Notes: generated by a model from the sequence alone, not told the origin. 64,000 bases of DNA from Kudoa neothunni (GCA_964304625.1 OZ199840.1:467084-531083), one strand, 5' to 3'; shown: positions 28,443-43,487, numbered from the stretch's first letter. A program made the numbers and translations.

Positions 28443-28937
28443 TGTGTTTAACTTACAAAACAACTCAGAAAATAATTCCACCAATTAGTTATATTAATTA
28501 TTAACGTTCGAGCTACAGTTGTATATTACAATAGAGTAAATGCGCAATGAAATAGGAACGATTGATTTTGACTACAAAGCTATGCAGTCGACGAGTGGTA
28601 CAACTTTAATTATTTGGTCAAATTCTAAATAACAGAAAAAACCTAGAGTACGTGGTCGTTTAATGATACAATACATTTCCATAATATCACAGTTCGACCT
28701 ACTTCGTTGTTAGTCGTTTTACATTTAGATCTGTGGTTAGTTTTGTCATGTAAGTACATTTTGGTTTAGTGTTGACATTTTTATGTTTCTCATCATAATT
28801 CGATGTGGAATACACCAAATTTATCACATAAGTGTTACCACATAAGTGATTGGTGCAGGAAACTCCACTATCACATAGACCATAAAGTTCTCACTAATAA
28901 CATTATAAATATAGCACCAGATCCATCGTATTCTACA

Positions 28938-30273
28938 ATGAGACTACAGAACAACAATATTCTGAATAACAGCAAGGCAGCTCCGAAAGGTAAATATTGT
29001 TGTGGATAATAGTTGTTTCTTCCGACTGGTGTTGTACGTGTGGTAAAATTTAGCCGTCAATTTACGTCCTCCGTTCATCAAAATTGAGGATGCTTCTCTG
29101 TAAGTTGGTTTCTTGAGTTGTTGATCATAATTTCAACTGTTAGCAATTATCGACCAATTTTTTATGAAATGCAATCCATCCCATTAATTCTCACCGATAG
29201 ATACATCAAAACGTCACCATTCTACTATCCCCACAGAAGTAATCTTTAAATGTATTTATATTAACATTGTTGATTTATTGAAAAAATTTAGCTGACGGTG
29301 CCACACATGCTGCAGCATCCGCCAAACACAGCGATGTACCTCCACCCGTACCAAATTTTGTGGGATTCTTACATTCCTCTGGTTATTGTGAAATTTGTGA
29401 GAAAGAATTCAACCACATTAACACAGTACACACAGTTACTAGAAATTCTATATTTTAAAATAATCTAGCACATAAAAACAAAAACACACGTCTGCCATGC
29501 CCTCAATGATAATGTATATGCAGAGATTGACGATGTTGTGAGATTGGGTTTTATGAACGAACGAATGCCATCGGTGGTAGGTTTTTTTGACGATTGATCA
29601 TTCTGTTTACACATTATTGACATATATGCGAATTATTCATACGCTAATCAATAATTAATGCAATTCGATTAGCCAAGAACAACAATGCTAGTATCGGTGT
29701 TGAATGGTGTGCTGAAAACAACAATCCCAATGGCCGAACTCAAGTTTACATTGTATGTCATTATGCTGAATTTATCCAACTATCGATTGATGATGTTTTT
29801 ATTCGATATTTCTTAGGAATGAACCTATCGAGCTAAAAACCACTCAAATATTTCTTTCTGGAATATACCATCATAAAAACGTGAATCAAGGAATTATTAT
29901 ACACTGTTCGCGTACAAGAAGTGTCACAATCGAACCAATGTGCATGTAATCAATCAGCTGTGTGTTGATATTGAATATTGAGCGGTGTTGGTTAGTGATT
30001 ATTTGAATAAAATAACGACTGATTCAGCTGTTCATCCACAGGTGAGATTTGCTTTTGTTGGATGAGTGTATGAATGGTATTTTGATAGATCCTTTCAATG
30101 TCGAAAATTCCAGTGGAAATACCTGCTTTAAAAATGTTCGTTGTTTTTGCACTGTGTATGTATCTAGCTACTCCCCTGTTGTTGTAGACAAACCAACATT
30201 TGCGTCGTTGAAAGCTCGTGTATGTTCATCACCAAAAATAAGAAACTACCTAGTGACTGCACCAATTTGGTAA
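28938..30273 (+). CDS. DBF4: DBF4/ASK-like Cdc7 kinase activator; about 11 small exons, 5' end uncertain
   Basis: Exons 29054-29099 and 29144-29238 splice to VNLRPPFIKIEDASLNYRPIFYEM..SPF (motif M). Exons 29292-29425 and 29469-29576 give GYCEICEKEFNHINTHIKTKTH..NDNVYAEIDDVV (DBF4-type zinc finger, motif C). Downstream exons can be phased to TAA at 30271-30273. The start could lie upstream (ORF open from 28803). Confidence 0.8.
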
Positions 30274-31278
30274 AAATGGACCTTTTTTTATTGCCTCTTC
30301 CATCCTTCGAAATCGATATTTTGTTTTCCCTGCTCACACATCCACAAGGACTTTATAGGTCAAAGTGAGATAGTGTTTTTGTCTGCCGCTCTTATTTAAA
30401 CGTTGCCGATAGTGAACGTAACAATGTAATCAATACAAACAACGCCACTTCGGTTAGCGATCCGTCCGCCAATGATGCTCTTCCTTGGTGTATTAATGAT
30501 ATAATCAATGCAATTACCAGTATTCGTAGTTGGACGTAACGTTTTTAGTCAAGCTGATACCGGTGCACCGTTTACTATAGTTACGTTTATTTTGTTACTC
30601 CGTCGTTCTTTGTTTATTTGTGTCTATTTTAAATTGTTTTTTAATGGCTGCTATATCTTCACTCTTACACACACACATAATCAGTCCTGTCTGCTGTCAT
30701 AATCTGCGGAAATTATTCTTTATTTACATTTATTAAAGTGACGGATTTTTAGTGATTTTATTCGTTCCAAAATAGAAAAGATATTAAAAATATTTAGTTT
30801 ATATTGAATATGAAGTAGAAATTAGAAAAATCTGGTTTAATTAAGGTTTTTTGCAATCGTACCAAAAATCACCCACGATGGATTATTGATTATTCGTGCT
30901 TTTTTGTCATCCCCAATGAAATTAAAAAAGTCAACCACCTTCTTTATATCGTTAACAGATGAATCTCAAATTTAGACAGACGAAAAATCAAACGTCGTGG
31001 TTTTGTTGTTCAGGATATAGATCTGGGGAGGGTAAATTTTTTTTATTCGCCGCCGGCATGAAAGTAATATGTTCAGATAAAGAACCAAAACATTCAAATA
31101 TTTCCTTTTGTACTAGCATTAGAATGCAAATAGGACAATGATTTTTTATTTAAATTCATTCGTTTCAACTCGAGTAGGTGGCTTCATTTGAGAAAATGTT
31201 TTCAACAAAAACAGAATAAAATACACAATGAATACTGGATAATATAAAATTTTGTTGAGATTCATAACGTTTGAGCTC

Positions 31279-31809
31279 ATCGGCCTCGCTGGAACCTCTC
31301 ACGGGCCGTAATTTGTCCAGCCTGGACTACATGGCGTAGTGGTGTTAGGTTGAGATCGCATACCTTGAGGTTGCGAGTCCAAAGTATAGTCCGGGCGTTC
31401 CTGTACACCTAACCCGAAATTAAGTAGGAAGGCTGTAGTAATCTAATCACAGAGATCTACGATTTATCGTGGTCTTGCTTGCAGCTGGGAGGGGAGTCTA
31501 ACGGAAAGGTAGAACTCGGATGCATATAAACGCCGAGCTACAGGAACGAAATAAAACCCAGTACGAGGTTTCGGTATAGCTGACGCTCGCGTATTCAGAC
31601 GACTTTCCCAGACTAATTCTAGGTTAATCCAGGGTATGTATGGTTGGACTGGTGAATTCTCCAAACGAGCATGTTTAGTGGGTTAAAATCTCAGCTACCG
31701 CATGAACAAAGTCGCCTAAAGTGTAAATGGTAAATAGAGAAGGCCTAACCAACCCGAACTTCACAACCCAACAAGTTACGCCAAAGGTTTGACCTTGTAA
31801 ACAAAAAAA
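31279..31809 (+). mobile_element. tRNA-headed SINE, longest copy (copy 1)
   Basis: Box A TGGCGTAGTGG (31332-31342), degenerate box B (about 31375), acceptor-stem-like GGACTA..TAGTCC, 3' A-tail. Possible decayed TSD AACGTTTGAGCTC / AATGTTTGGCTC. Body shared with 37763-38201 and 47708-48144. Confidence 0.75.
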
Positions 31810-32846
31810 GACAATGTTTGGCTCTATGTATGCATGCGAGCTGCCTTTCTACATCTAAAAAACATTAAGACCAAATTACGATCATGTTCAACAGATGGAG
31901 GTTTCACTGCCGGCATGATGCTTATTCTCACCATATATCAACTAGACTATAAAACCATCTGCAAAACCATGCAGAAACACAAATCGCATCGATGATGATA
32001 AATACTCTTCATTGATTAATAATAGCGTAACAATTCTACGAAAATGAATTCAGTGACTTGTTTCACGTCAAAATGTTCGAATTATATAAAACGCGCACAT
32101 GTACTTCTATCTTTGTTTTAAAACATGTTGTATAGCTCTCATGAAATTAGGTTTAAAAAACATATGGCCTTTGAGGCTCTCCCACTAAAAAAAGGTTCCC
32201 GGCACCTGCTTTAGAAGATAAAAAATCTACTGTTATAAAATTAAACATAAAGGCTAACATCGTTTATGTTGAATAGACTTCATACAAACTATCAATTACT
32301 TCGCCATTTCATAGAATAATGTCAAACAAACCATTTAGATTAATTTAATTGAGTTTTCGAATAGAAACTTACTGATAACGAAGCATCCAAAAATATTATC
32401 ACACGTATCCAATCTCTTACCTGATTTAAAAGTGAACAACGAAAATCTCGCAATAAATAATTAAATGTTTATTTTCAAATTCAAGCTAAAGTGATATTAG
32501 CATCCCCTGTAAGGGCGAACTGCTTCAACTTTAAAGGGAAGGGTACCAATTTATTATAATCAATGAGTAATATAAACACTCAACGTGTCGTTATTTAGTG
32601 AGAAATAGGGGCCGCAATGGCAGAAACACAACCAAAAGTAATTATTGGTAATCATTGAATGAAATCTTATTAAATTAAAAAACTACTGCAAAATTATTTT
32701 TAAATAAAAACTGATTTAAAACAGTAGAATAATGATCCGTGAGTGTTATTTTTTGTAATCACCATCACTGTATTTTTCATGCAACCGTTTAACTTTAGCT
32801 TTACTAAAAACAGATCATTCGTCACTGTCATCTTTCAACAAAGTTA

Positions 32847-34005
32847 CTATTGAGCATATTTGACGATTATATCGTTAGTGAAAGTACTGCAGATGATAAT
32901 GTTGATAAACTAAATTACAATTATAATTAAATCAGAAGAGACGTCATGAATGATTGGTGATATTACTTGGAAAATGACCAAAGAACCAATCAATATACCA
33001 ATTGTGATAAGATTTTTCTTAACAAATCTAACAATGGCTGTAACACAAGTCGCGGTATAAACACGTTGGCCCATTTTGAACTAAAAATAACATGAAAACA
33101 ATAAAATCAATCATCACACTAGCCATACCAATTCCCTCCTAACCCCAGCACCACAAACAACGCTAATATCTTTCGTATTTTCCTAATTGGATATGAATAT
33201 ATTTCTAGGGTTCAGAATAAATGTTTTTATTACCATTTTACAGCACGAATAAGGTACACCACAAACTAGCTGTGAGTCTCTTACGTTGGCCTCACATGAA
33301 TATTCGGGCAAATCATTATATTGTGAAATCTCATCAGCTCCACAACATTTGAACTAACAAAACATTAAAAAACTTGATAGCTAGGAATAGTGCGGTTTAA
33401 TAATTACAGTAATTTGGAAAAAATCGACTATAACTTGAGCATGGTTGCTTTTGTCATAATTTTTAATTAGGTCTTTGCCGTGTTCAGTAAGGAATTCTTC
33501 AGCCTATATATATATATATATATATATTATACATAAATCACATATTAGCTTGCATAGGTATGAGGTTGTGTGGTAATCAATGAAATTACTTTGGTTCCAA
33601 ATAATATAATCACCAATATACATCCCAACTCCAACAGAAGGAAAAAGCTCACGCTTATACGGAACTATCACATACAAGAATGAAAATCAAGTGATACCAA
33701 GCACTAGAAATACTTACAGCTTTTAGTAGTGTAACATTTTCTCGTAGTGCACCCACCAATCCAAGGAATGCAATCAATCCGACCACAAAAAACAAGGCCA
33801 TTAAGACCAGAAATACATCAAATTTTATAAAATTTCCTATCCCATCGAATTCTACCAACCCTGAAAATTTGAGTGTTGCACAAATACCAACGCCAGCCGA
33901 TGTGACAAACTAAAATCGAATTCCAACAAACATCACAAACATCAACAAGAAGCTCACCCAAATAAATAAATTCAGAGAGAAGAGTATCCACTTACGGCAA
34001 CCCAT
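32847..34005 (-). CDS. Tetraspanin, TspanC8-type (8 Cys in the large extracellular loop); 8 exons
   Basis: MGCRKWILFSLNLFIW..FLGLVGALRENVTLLKAF..FQITFKCCG..YSC..CGVPYSCC..CG..TCV..IGILIGSLVIFQ; four TM segments, CCG motif, stop TAG at 32847-32849. Confidence 0.9.
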
Positions 34006-35454
34006 GTTGTTTAAATCGTACTAATGATTAATACTATTAGATTTGTTTGTTATCTCAATAATATTCATCCGATCGGGCTGAATTAATAATGTGTGCCATT
34101 AGCATTAGTCGCTTGACTACTGGAATATTTATTTTAATTTTTCCTAATAGATTACAATTTTTATTAAACCAAATCCTAATTGCAATTATTGGCTGAATCT
34201 TTTTGAAAAAATACATATTTCATAAAGTATACCGTTTATATAACAATTATTAATACAGAATATTCATAGTGACTATCGGTATAGTTGATTAAGATTAAAC
34301 CTATGACATCAGTTATCCTTGGAGGAAATCGTTCCTGTTAATATTAATTATTAAAAATAGTTTATCTCTAAACATTCTATTTTTTTTAACTAATATAACC
34401 AACATTTTACTCACATCATGAATATATTTCGCAATTTTTTCCACAAATACACGGGATTTATTAGGTTAATCGGATTAGCTATGTAGTAGGCTTATATTTT
34501 TAAGATACCTTTCTCAATAGAACCCTAAACAAATAATCCATTCGTATAAATGGCGATACTATACAAATGTTAATAGCGAGTAAATATCAATTTAATAGCA
34601 ATTCGGTGAACCCATTAAAATATAACATTATTATTCAATAATAATTTTATATTTCAATATTAAGTTAATTAAGCTGTAAAAAATCCCACTCATAACAAAA
34701 TGAATTTTCACTGAATAGTGTTAAAGTTTTAAAGTTAATTTTTAGGCGCTAAAAAGTCTCCTGTCAACTCAAAAAGTAGTATCTTGGATATAAGCTCATT
34801 AATAAATGATAATTATGTGCATAATCATCGCCTAATTGAACATTACGAGAATAATCCCAAAAAAATTAATTAAAATGTTTACTCGATTATTGCTACCATC
34901 AGGCAGGACATTAAAAATGAGTAATTCTAAGTAATAAGGGTAGTTATATAGTTCAACAATTCTCAGCATTCCTAGAAAATTTGATGAAAAATAACAACTG
35001 ATGAATGCATTACTAAGAACTTTTATGCAAATTGTTTTATTGGTATATAGGAGTGTTTTCTCTTTGGCTTTTTTAGTTTAGTAGGGTTATGTTGAGAAAA
35101 GTCTAAGTTTAGTTTTTAAATTATATCAATATTAAGAATTCTATCTGAAAAAAACTCTAGGTAGGAAATATAAGAGAAATAATTTTTTAGGTTATTGTTT
35201 TACTGATTACCTAATTGAATATACGATAAATGAATCTGAATAATGAGTATGAAACCTTCGTAAATAAATATAGTTTTGGTGTTTGCGTATAATTTTGATA
35301 TTTAGTTGAAAACTAAATGGACGATTTATGTCGATAGAAACCAAAATCTCCATTTGAAACAGTGATTACGATTAATAACCGCTTCAAAGTAAACAATCTG
35401 ACAGAAAAGTCTATATATTGGAACCTGCCTGAAATATATCTAATACAAATATAG

Positions 35455-37533
<2,079 letters not shown>

Positions 37534-37762
37534 ACCGAAATAACAATTATTGGAACCTAGTACTTTCTTGAATTATTACAATGCCGTATCACTTAGATAG
37601 GGTTTATCTTTACAAACCCTCGTCAACCGATGCATTAGTTAGATTATTCCAAAAATAGTTATGTATTTATAAATTCTTAGAAGATGTTTCTGTTTGTTTT
37701 TAAAAAATTTTCTCCACTAAAATTATCCGAATATAATTTATAATGTGTTAAATTATAAGCTC

Positions 37763-38201
37763 TTTTTTCTTTTTTTTTTGTTTACAAGGTCAAACCCCTG
37801 GCGTAACTTGTTGGGTTGTGAAGTTCGGGTTGGTTAGGCCTTCTCTATTTACCATTTACACTTTAGGCACCGCCGCGTCATTTTAGGCAACTTTCATTCA
37901 TGCGGTAGCTGAGATTTTAACCCACTAAACATGCTCGTTTGGAGAATTCACCAGCCCCACCATACATACCCTGGACCAACCTAGAATTAGTCTGGGAAAG
38001 TCGTCTGAATACGGGGGCGTCGGCTATACCGAAACCCCCTATTGGGTTTTATTTCGTTCCTGTAACTCGGCGTTTATGTGCATCCGAGTTCTATCTTTCC
38101 GCTAGACCCCCTCAGCTGCATGCATGGCCATGATAAATCGTAGATCTCTGTGATTAGATTACTACAGCCTTCCTACTTAATTTCGTTTCGGGTTAGGTGT
38201 A
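37763..38201 (-). mobile_element. SINE copy 2 (5'-truncated, antisense, about 230 bp after the AKT stop)
   Basis: Reverse complement is highly similar to 31404-31809; the poly(T) at 37763-37779 is the A-tail. Confidence 0.8.
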
Positions 38202-39257
38202 TAAATTAGTGTTTTTTTGAAATAAAAAATAAATTTTTTTTTTATCAATTTATGAGAACAATATTAATAAAATTTTTAAAATAATATCATTATCAATGTT
38301 AACCGATGATTTATGAATATAAAATTTCGTGATATTTAATCAAATCGTAATTTCGTCGCGTAAATAAAATATTTTCGTAAAACTCTCAAAAATACATATT
38401 TATCACATATTAAGTATTTCTCTAAATAATCCAGAATAGCTACGTTAGAAATTAAACCGACACTATAAAAAATCTCCCTATAGTAGGTATATTTTGACAT
38501 CTTTAAGGAAGTGTCACCCAATATTTTGTAATCATGGCCAAAGCTTTGTGAACATTCAATTTAGATCGAATATTATAAAAATTCATCAAATTATAAGTTC
38601 TCATAATGTTTAAATGCAAGTGTTTTTTTATTTATCGGAGAAATCCTTTGCAGATAATTGATTTAAAAAGTCCAAATATCAATATAAAAAAACCACAAGT
38701 CTTAAATTTTAAAATATTTTTCTTAATTATGTAAGAATGAAGTTTATTTTTAATAAGGGTTACCACCCGAAAGACGTGAAGGAATAGGCTATCATAATCA
38801 TTAGATTTTTTTGTCATAAATAACTTTGTATCTTAGGAAATTCGAATTTAGATTTTTTAAGTTTAATACAATTTGACGGAATTTTCGCCGGAAATATAAA
38901 CATAACGAAAGATTACTGCCAAGGTCACAATTAATTATTGGCGTATACATTATTGGTTCTGATAAGAGCTTCACACTATCGTTTTAATAGCCATTATCGT
39001 CATATTCAAATCAATCGATTAAATTTGAATAGATTAAAATATTAATTCTCAATATTTTCACCAATGGAATAATCTGATAAGTTACATATTTTCTTAATTT
39101 AAATAAATATAATCAGAGTTAGCTTCATATCAATTATAATTAAAAATTTTGATTTTTAAAGTCTTTAAAAATATGTATGAGGTTATCTCAAGCGCTTGGC
39201 GTTATGGTTGCTGAGTCTAATCCGAACACTGCAACTCACTGATATAAAGGTGGAATT

Positions 39258-39748
39258 ATGAGTGGCGAACATGGCTTTCCAGTTTTCTTGATTCCAATAT
39301 TCGTTATATTCGGGATTGTGTTCCTGTTTGTTTTAGGTTTTATTATTTTTTCCACCATTAGAGCCCACAAGCTTCAAAACAAGATGTTAAGTAATTCCTG
39401 AAATATATCGATTTATAACGAACTAGTGCTATAAATAAACGATAAATATAATTTTAAAATAAATATTTAACAGTTCATTCTGATAATGTTTTAGGAGGTG
39501 AAATTCCAATTTATCCCTTACATCCAAATCTACTCGTAATACAACCTTCAGGTCAAGGAGGGACTCCACTTCACGGATATAACCATCAACCATCGAATGA
39601 TATGATTTATAGTGCAGCAGCAAATACTACGATTCCGAATACTAGTTCGACCCATATAAACAAAAATTGCAATAACTTTCAGGCTGATTCTCGTCGAGAT
39701 TTTGGCGGTGAGGTTGAACCACCAAAATACTCAACAGAATTAAATTGA
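39258..39748 (+). CDS. Orphan single-pass membrane protein with C-terminal PPxY motif; 2 exons, about 136 aa
   Basis: MSGEHGFPVFLIPIFVIFGIVFLFVLGFIIFSTIRAHK (TM plus basic stop-transfer); phase-1 intron 39391-39473; Pro/Tyr-rich tail ending EPPKYSTELN*. Confidence 0.7.
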
Positions 39749-42244
39749 CATAAACGTTGGAATGTTAGATTTTGATTCCTAGATATTATACTTTATTTAT
39801 TTTAAATTAATTTCTTGATTCTTTAACTGTCTGAGTAATTTATTCATTCGATAATAAATTAATTTTTTACTCTCTTGTATTATATATGTGGATACAATCA
39901 TATTTCCAGGGAGTAAATTACACATTATTAAAGAAATTTTAAAAAATTAATATTAATGTTAATTCGTGCTCAAATTAAAAACTATTCCTTGTTTATATTT
40001 ATAATGTATCAACGTATTTTTTATAGTCGAAATAAGAATATGAATTTTCATACATCAATTTCAAGCTTCTCTTCGAGTCTGGAGTTTTTATTTACTTACC
40101 ACGTATAGGTATTCGGAAGAAATTACTTCTAAACAAATTAAATCAATAAAATAATCGTTGAATTTTTATATAAATATTCTAAAGGAGATATTTTTGTATC
40201 CCTTAATGTTCTCAAATCAAATGATCCTTAATCTTAAAATAAAATGGGATGTGTTGAGAACCCATTCAGCTTACAAATTCATTTTTTAGCTTAAATGTTA
40301 AATTTATTTCTTTTTTACTTCATTTAATCTTCTTTAATTTTAAAAAATATTCATATTTTAAGAAATGACGAATTAACACCAAAACACTTCTAAATTTAAA
40401 CAAACCTAAAATAATTTCCATCTTTGAAGTTACAACAAAGTTTCGATACCACATTGAATAAATAACAACATATTACTGCCAATTCTGTTACGCATGCACA
40501 AGCGAGTGCCAAGTAAAAGTAGATCTACTCTAATTTATGAAAAAATAGGTTGAGCATACAATGTAAAATCAACCTATACGAGATAGACTATCCGATAGAT
40601 ATTTACCATATTTTCATAATTTTTAAGTTTTTTATTCATGATTAATTTTTGATCTTTAAAATTAATTCCAAAGTTCCCTATATCAAATATAGAAGGGCCA
40701 GCCTACCTTTGATTAGAGAAGTGCTAGTTTTTCGCGTCAATTTCTACCAACTTCCAAAATTTAAATAATGTTTCTACTAAAAACTTGGCGAATAAAGAAC
40801 TACATTCTATGCTCTATCAGTTGTTAATGACAAGTCTCCCTTGTTTGATTATTTTTCATTTTTTTGTCAGAATCTATTTGCATGATAAATTTAAATTTTA
40901 CTAATTTTCAAGCATGCGCGAGAGAATTATTAATTCTGACCAGCCTTATTCGCAAGTTGTATACAAATTTATTTTTTTCGAATCTGTTACGCTTAATAAT
41001 TTATGGCCAAAACTAATTAAATATGTTAAAAATTATTACCACCTGAATATTATTTACCATGTAAATAGCCACTTTCTTTTTTTGTAAGCATCAATGGTCA
41101 AAGGGGTTGCTTACAACTAGGTTAGGTGACTATAAAGAATTTAGAGCATCTTTTACATACAAATGTTATATTTCTCGTCGATATCTCGAAATTATACAAT
41201 AAAAAATTATAAAACTAGCAGAAACACTAAATTAAAAAATTGGTTGGCTTAAATAAGCCATACTTTACCTGATTGTAAAGATTTCTACAGATAAACATAC
41301 GGCATATAAAGATTAATATTAAAAATTAGTGCACATAGTTTTTCAATGAAATACTGAAATAGAGTTTTTGACTAACATTGCGAACAGCGTTGCCAGCCGT
41401 GTCCGATTTTTTCCAAGTGCTCTATTTTGTCCCCTTTTTATCTGGTTTTTACTCTTACTCTTCGAAAGACAGAATAATCGCAAAATAATGTTTCAAAGAT
41501 AAGGAGTTATTGCATAGTCACAAAAAATGGAAATTAATCGTATATTTTATTGCGAGAAATCAGAAATCTTCGAGTAAGTAATTTTATACTTGGAAGAATG
41601 TTTTATTTCGAATTAAAATGTCTCAATAGAAGTACACCAATGGACAATTACAATTATACATTTTAAAACGTTATACTCCAGTTAAGACCAAGGTTTTGGT
41701 TGGATGTTTTTTAATCATTATTAGTGACAAGACACATTTATATCATGGCCATGAACCACCATTTTTGGATTATCACGAAGAGTTTTATGTGTTGGAATTC
41801 CGAATGCTAAGTTATCATTACAAATATTTGTTACCAATTTTCAAAAAATTCTAATTTTAGTTAACACCTAAATAAATTAAAATTTAACTCTATATTATCT
41901 ACTTGATTACTTTTTCTTAATTTTAATGAATGAATGGTTGTACATAAAAATAGAACCTCATCTAGATATAGTTGTTATAATTTATTCAAAAATAAAAAGA
42001 AAGGCTGTAATACGATTTTTCGACACATCGACTAAATGACATCATAACTTTAAAATTTTTGAGTTACTTATAAATTTACATAAAATTCTGATATTGCCCG
42101 GCAAAAATTTGACCGAATGTGCGATTTTGGTAAAATTTGCTGATTGCAAATATGGCGCCAAATTCATTGCCAAATTACTCGGGACTCAATAAAACCAACT
42201 TTAACATTTTAAATAATTTATGTATTTATTTATTTATTTATTAA

Positions 42245-43487
42245 GTCACTAACGATTTGGTGGTAATTTTTACCTCAAGGCGACTTTGTATTCATTATAT
42301 TTTTTTATTTCATATATTAAAGTTCACCAAATTTCCAAAATTCCTGTAACATGTAATTATTTACTTTTATTAGACAAATCGGAAAAAACTAACAAAAAGA
42401 AAAAGTTCTATTTAAATATTATCCTCTAACGTTTTTTGGGTTAAAATTTACCCCACTTTTTTATTACTTTAATGTGAATAGTATCTTGTGAATAATCAAA
42501 TAATAAATTATTAGTTAAATTAAACGAATAAATTCTAAGAAAACAACGAACAAAATGACTAGTTTGTCTAATGTGCATGTGCGGGTAGTGCATAAATGTA
42601 ATGAATGACGCGAGTGATTTCATTGACGAGTATAACTTATCTGGAAGCGAATTTAGCGATCGAATTGTTGATGACAGTGATATATCGTACGAAGAAATAG
42701 ATCATATAGATATTAATGATAATAATTTAAAAAGTAAAGGTGGAATTATTTGGAACTTACCAAAGTCACCTACGAGAAAAACCTGTGTCGAAAACATAAT
42801 GAATTCCATCCGTAGTGCCACTCCATATGTTGTATCAAAAAAAATCATTCATTGATTGGTTTTTGTTATTCTTTGCCTCAGAAATCGGCAGTATTACAAA
42901 AAAGTATGCAAAAATGTGTTTGGGAATCGCTATTTCAATGATGAGTGGCATGATTGACATCTCGTTAATTAATGCATTTGCATTATTCAATAACATATTT
43001 GATTCAGAGAAGAAATTAAGGAGAAACTTTCTTAAAGAGATTTCTGAATAATTGTACAATTCATTGTAAATAGAACCTCCGGAAAAGTTATCAAAAGAAG
43101 TTTAAATAAATCAGATATTCGAATAACGAATCAAGCTTAAATAACAAATCGTCAAGCTGAGATTATTGTGAAAGATAAAATGATAAGGGAAACTCTAAAT
43201 GTGGTCATAATTGTTGCAGGTTTTATTTCTCCACTCATGCTTCGAGATTCTTTTGAAGTGCCAAAATTAAATGCTTTTCTTATATTTGTTTTTTTAAATG
43301 TTTTAATGAGTCTTTCATTGGCCGATAACGTTACTCTTATTTTGTAAACACTTAGGAAAACCGTCGATCTATCTTGACAATGTCATAATCGAGATTAGTT
43401 TGAGATTGTTTGACGTAATTAATAAAAAAGTGGATAATTTTTACCCATTTTTGTTACACGAGTGGCGTTTTTGAGATCGTTAGAATG
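42245..43487 (+). mobile_element. Internally deleted piggyBac element
   Basis: TTAA..CTAACGAT left end and ATCGTTAGAATG-TTAA right end. Acidic N-terminus and KSKGGIIW (42601-42855) are fused to the C-terminal MIDISLINAFALF..RRNFLKEI, with the catalytic core missing. Confidence 0.7.

Noticed and set aside
31324-31392. Functional tRNA gene
   Set aside because: T-loop and arms are degenerate and it is fused to a repeated body with an A-tail; treated as the SINE head.
31406-31420. Telomerase-template-like CTAACCC in the SINE
   Set aside because: Only 7 nt, not 1.5 repeats, and not conserved in copy 3.
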